Below the pieces are notes generated by a model. That model saw only the letters and a list, made by a program, of their open reading frames with translations, was not told the origin of the DNA and ran no database searches. The position numbers were made by a program, and so were the translations under genes. Of a DNA stretch of 26,936 nucleotides, positions 24,610-26,936 are shown in pieces. This DNA comes from a virus (Duplodnaviria > Caudoviricetes), in the IMG/VR virus record IMGVR_UViG_3300017988_000030, positions 1-26,936 of that record. One strand, written 5' to 3'. Within the stretch, counting starts at the first letter, position 1; each line of letters opens with the position of its first letter.

Positions 24610-25398
24610 ATGGCTGTGCCCGTTAGTATTCCTTCGCCAGTCTACGCTCGACCCGTTGTGGTCGTGGGCGCCAGCACGGGGCCTACGGGTCCGTCTGTTG
24701 GTCCGACGGGGACGACCGGTCCGACTGGGGCGACGAGCAATACTGGCCCTACTGGCAACACGGGCCCCACGGGTTATGGGCCGACCGGCCCGACCGGCAT
24801 TCCTGGTCTTACAGGCTTCACCGGTCCTCCTGGTAACTCGATCCAAGGCGCGACCGGTCCACAGGGCGCGGCTACAAACACAGGTGCTACTGGCCCTGCA
24901 GGACCGACCGGTGCGGGTGCTACGGGCCCGACCGGCCCTACAGGTTTTACGGGGTTCACTGGTCCCGGCGGTACGGCCACAAACACGGGTGCAACAGGAC
25001 CGTCTGGCCCCACGGGTGCGAGCGGTCCTGCCGGCGTTGCATCAAATACGGGTGCAACCGGACCGACTGGCCCGACTGGAGCAGGCAGCACAGGCCCAAC
25101 CGGATCTGCCGCCGGTGGTGGGTATACATCTGTGACCGGGACATCTAGCGGCACTGGCACAATTAATTTTGGCGGTCTTATCATGCAGTGGGGGCTTGGC
25201 CCGACTGGAGCCGGCACGCCAACAACGATCACGTTTCCAAAACCGTTCCCGACCGTTTGCATGCACGTTAGCATTACGATGGATGCATCGCCGTCCGGTG
25301 GGGACTCGCCATACGTCACCTTGGTGACAACAGTCAATTTCGTGATGAACAACGCAGGCAACACGAGCGGCTGCTACTGGTTCGCTATCGGGTATTAA
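24610..25398 (+). CDS. Collagen-like tail fibre with gp53-like C-terminal domain
   Basis: [12 protein letters not shown]-motif, GPT/GAT triplets, C-domain [24 protein letters not shown]. Confidence 0.87.
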   Translation: MAVPVSIPSPVYARPVVVVGASTGPTGPSVGPTGTTGPTGATSNTGPTGNTGPTGYGPTGPTGIPGLTGFTGPPGNSIQGATGPQGAATNTGATGPAGPTGAGATGPTGPTGFTGFTGPGGTATNTGATGPSGPTGASGPAGVASNTGATGPTGPTGAGSTGPTGSAAGGGYTSVTGTSSGTGTINFGGLIMQWGLGPTGAGTPTTITFPKPFPTVCMHVSITMDASPSGGDSPYVTLVTTVNFVMNNAGNTSGCYWFAIGY

Positions 25399-25399
25399 C

Positions 25400-26936
<1,537 letters not shown>

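Noticed and set aside
7278-24612. Stop-codon reassignment suggested by in-frame TAAATG junctions
   Set aside because: TAA, TAG and TGA all end clearly complete genes (e.g. MCP TAA before a terminator), and each junction is followed by ATG with an SD-like tract.

Overview
The whole window looks like the morphogenesis region of a tailed dsDNA phage (podovirus-like portal and P22-coat-like major capsid protein). The host is probably alphaproteobacterial, inferred from CtrA-like boxes. Order: small membrane/secreted genes and a mini-collagen (+); an inverted packaging module TerL - metallophosphoesterase - small repeat ORF - TerS (-); then on + the portal, an ~10.6 kb insert, small head genes, scaffold, major capsid, head-tail adaptors and collagen-like tail fibres running off the end. 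The insert between portal and scaffold is the standout. It holds a RaxST-like sulfotransferase, three paralogous Gly-Pro-Thr collagen-like proteins, four different glycosyltransferase-type genes, an RmlB-like NDP-sugar 4,6-dehydratase, a sugar O-methyltransferase, an NDP-hexose C-methyltransferase and a prolyl-hydroxylase-like 2OG-Fe(II) oxygenase. I read this as a candidate phage-encoded pathway for making glycosylated, methylated, sulfated and possibly hydroxylated collagen fibres; seven collagen-like genes occur in the window. Family assignments come from motif recognition only, with no database searches.
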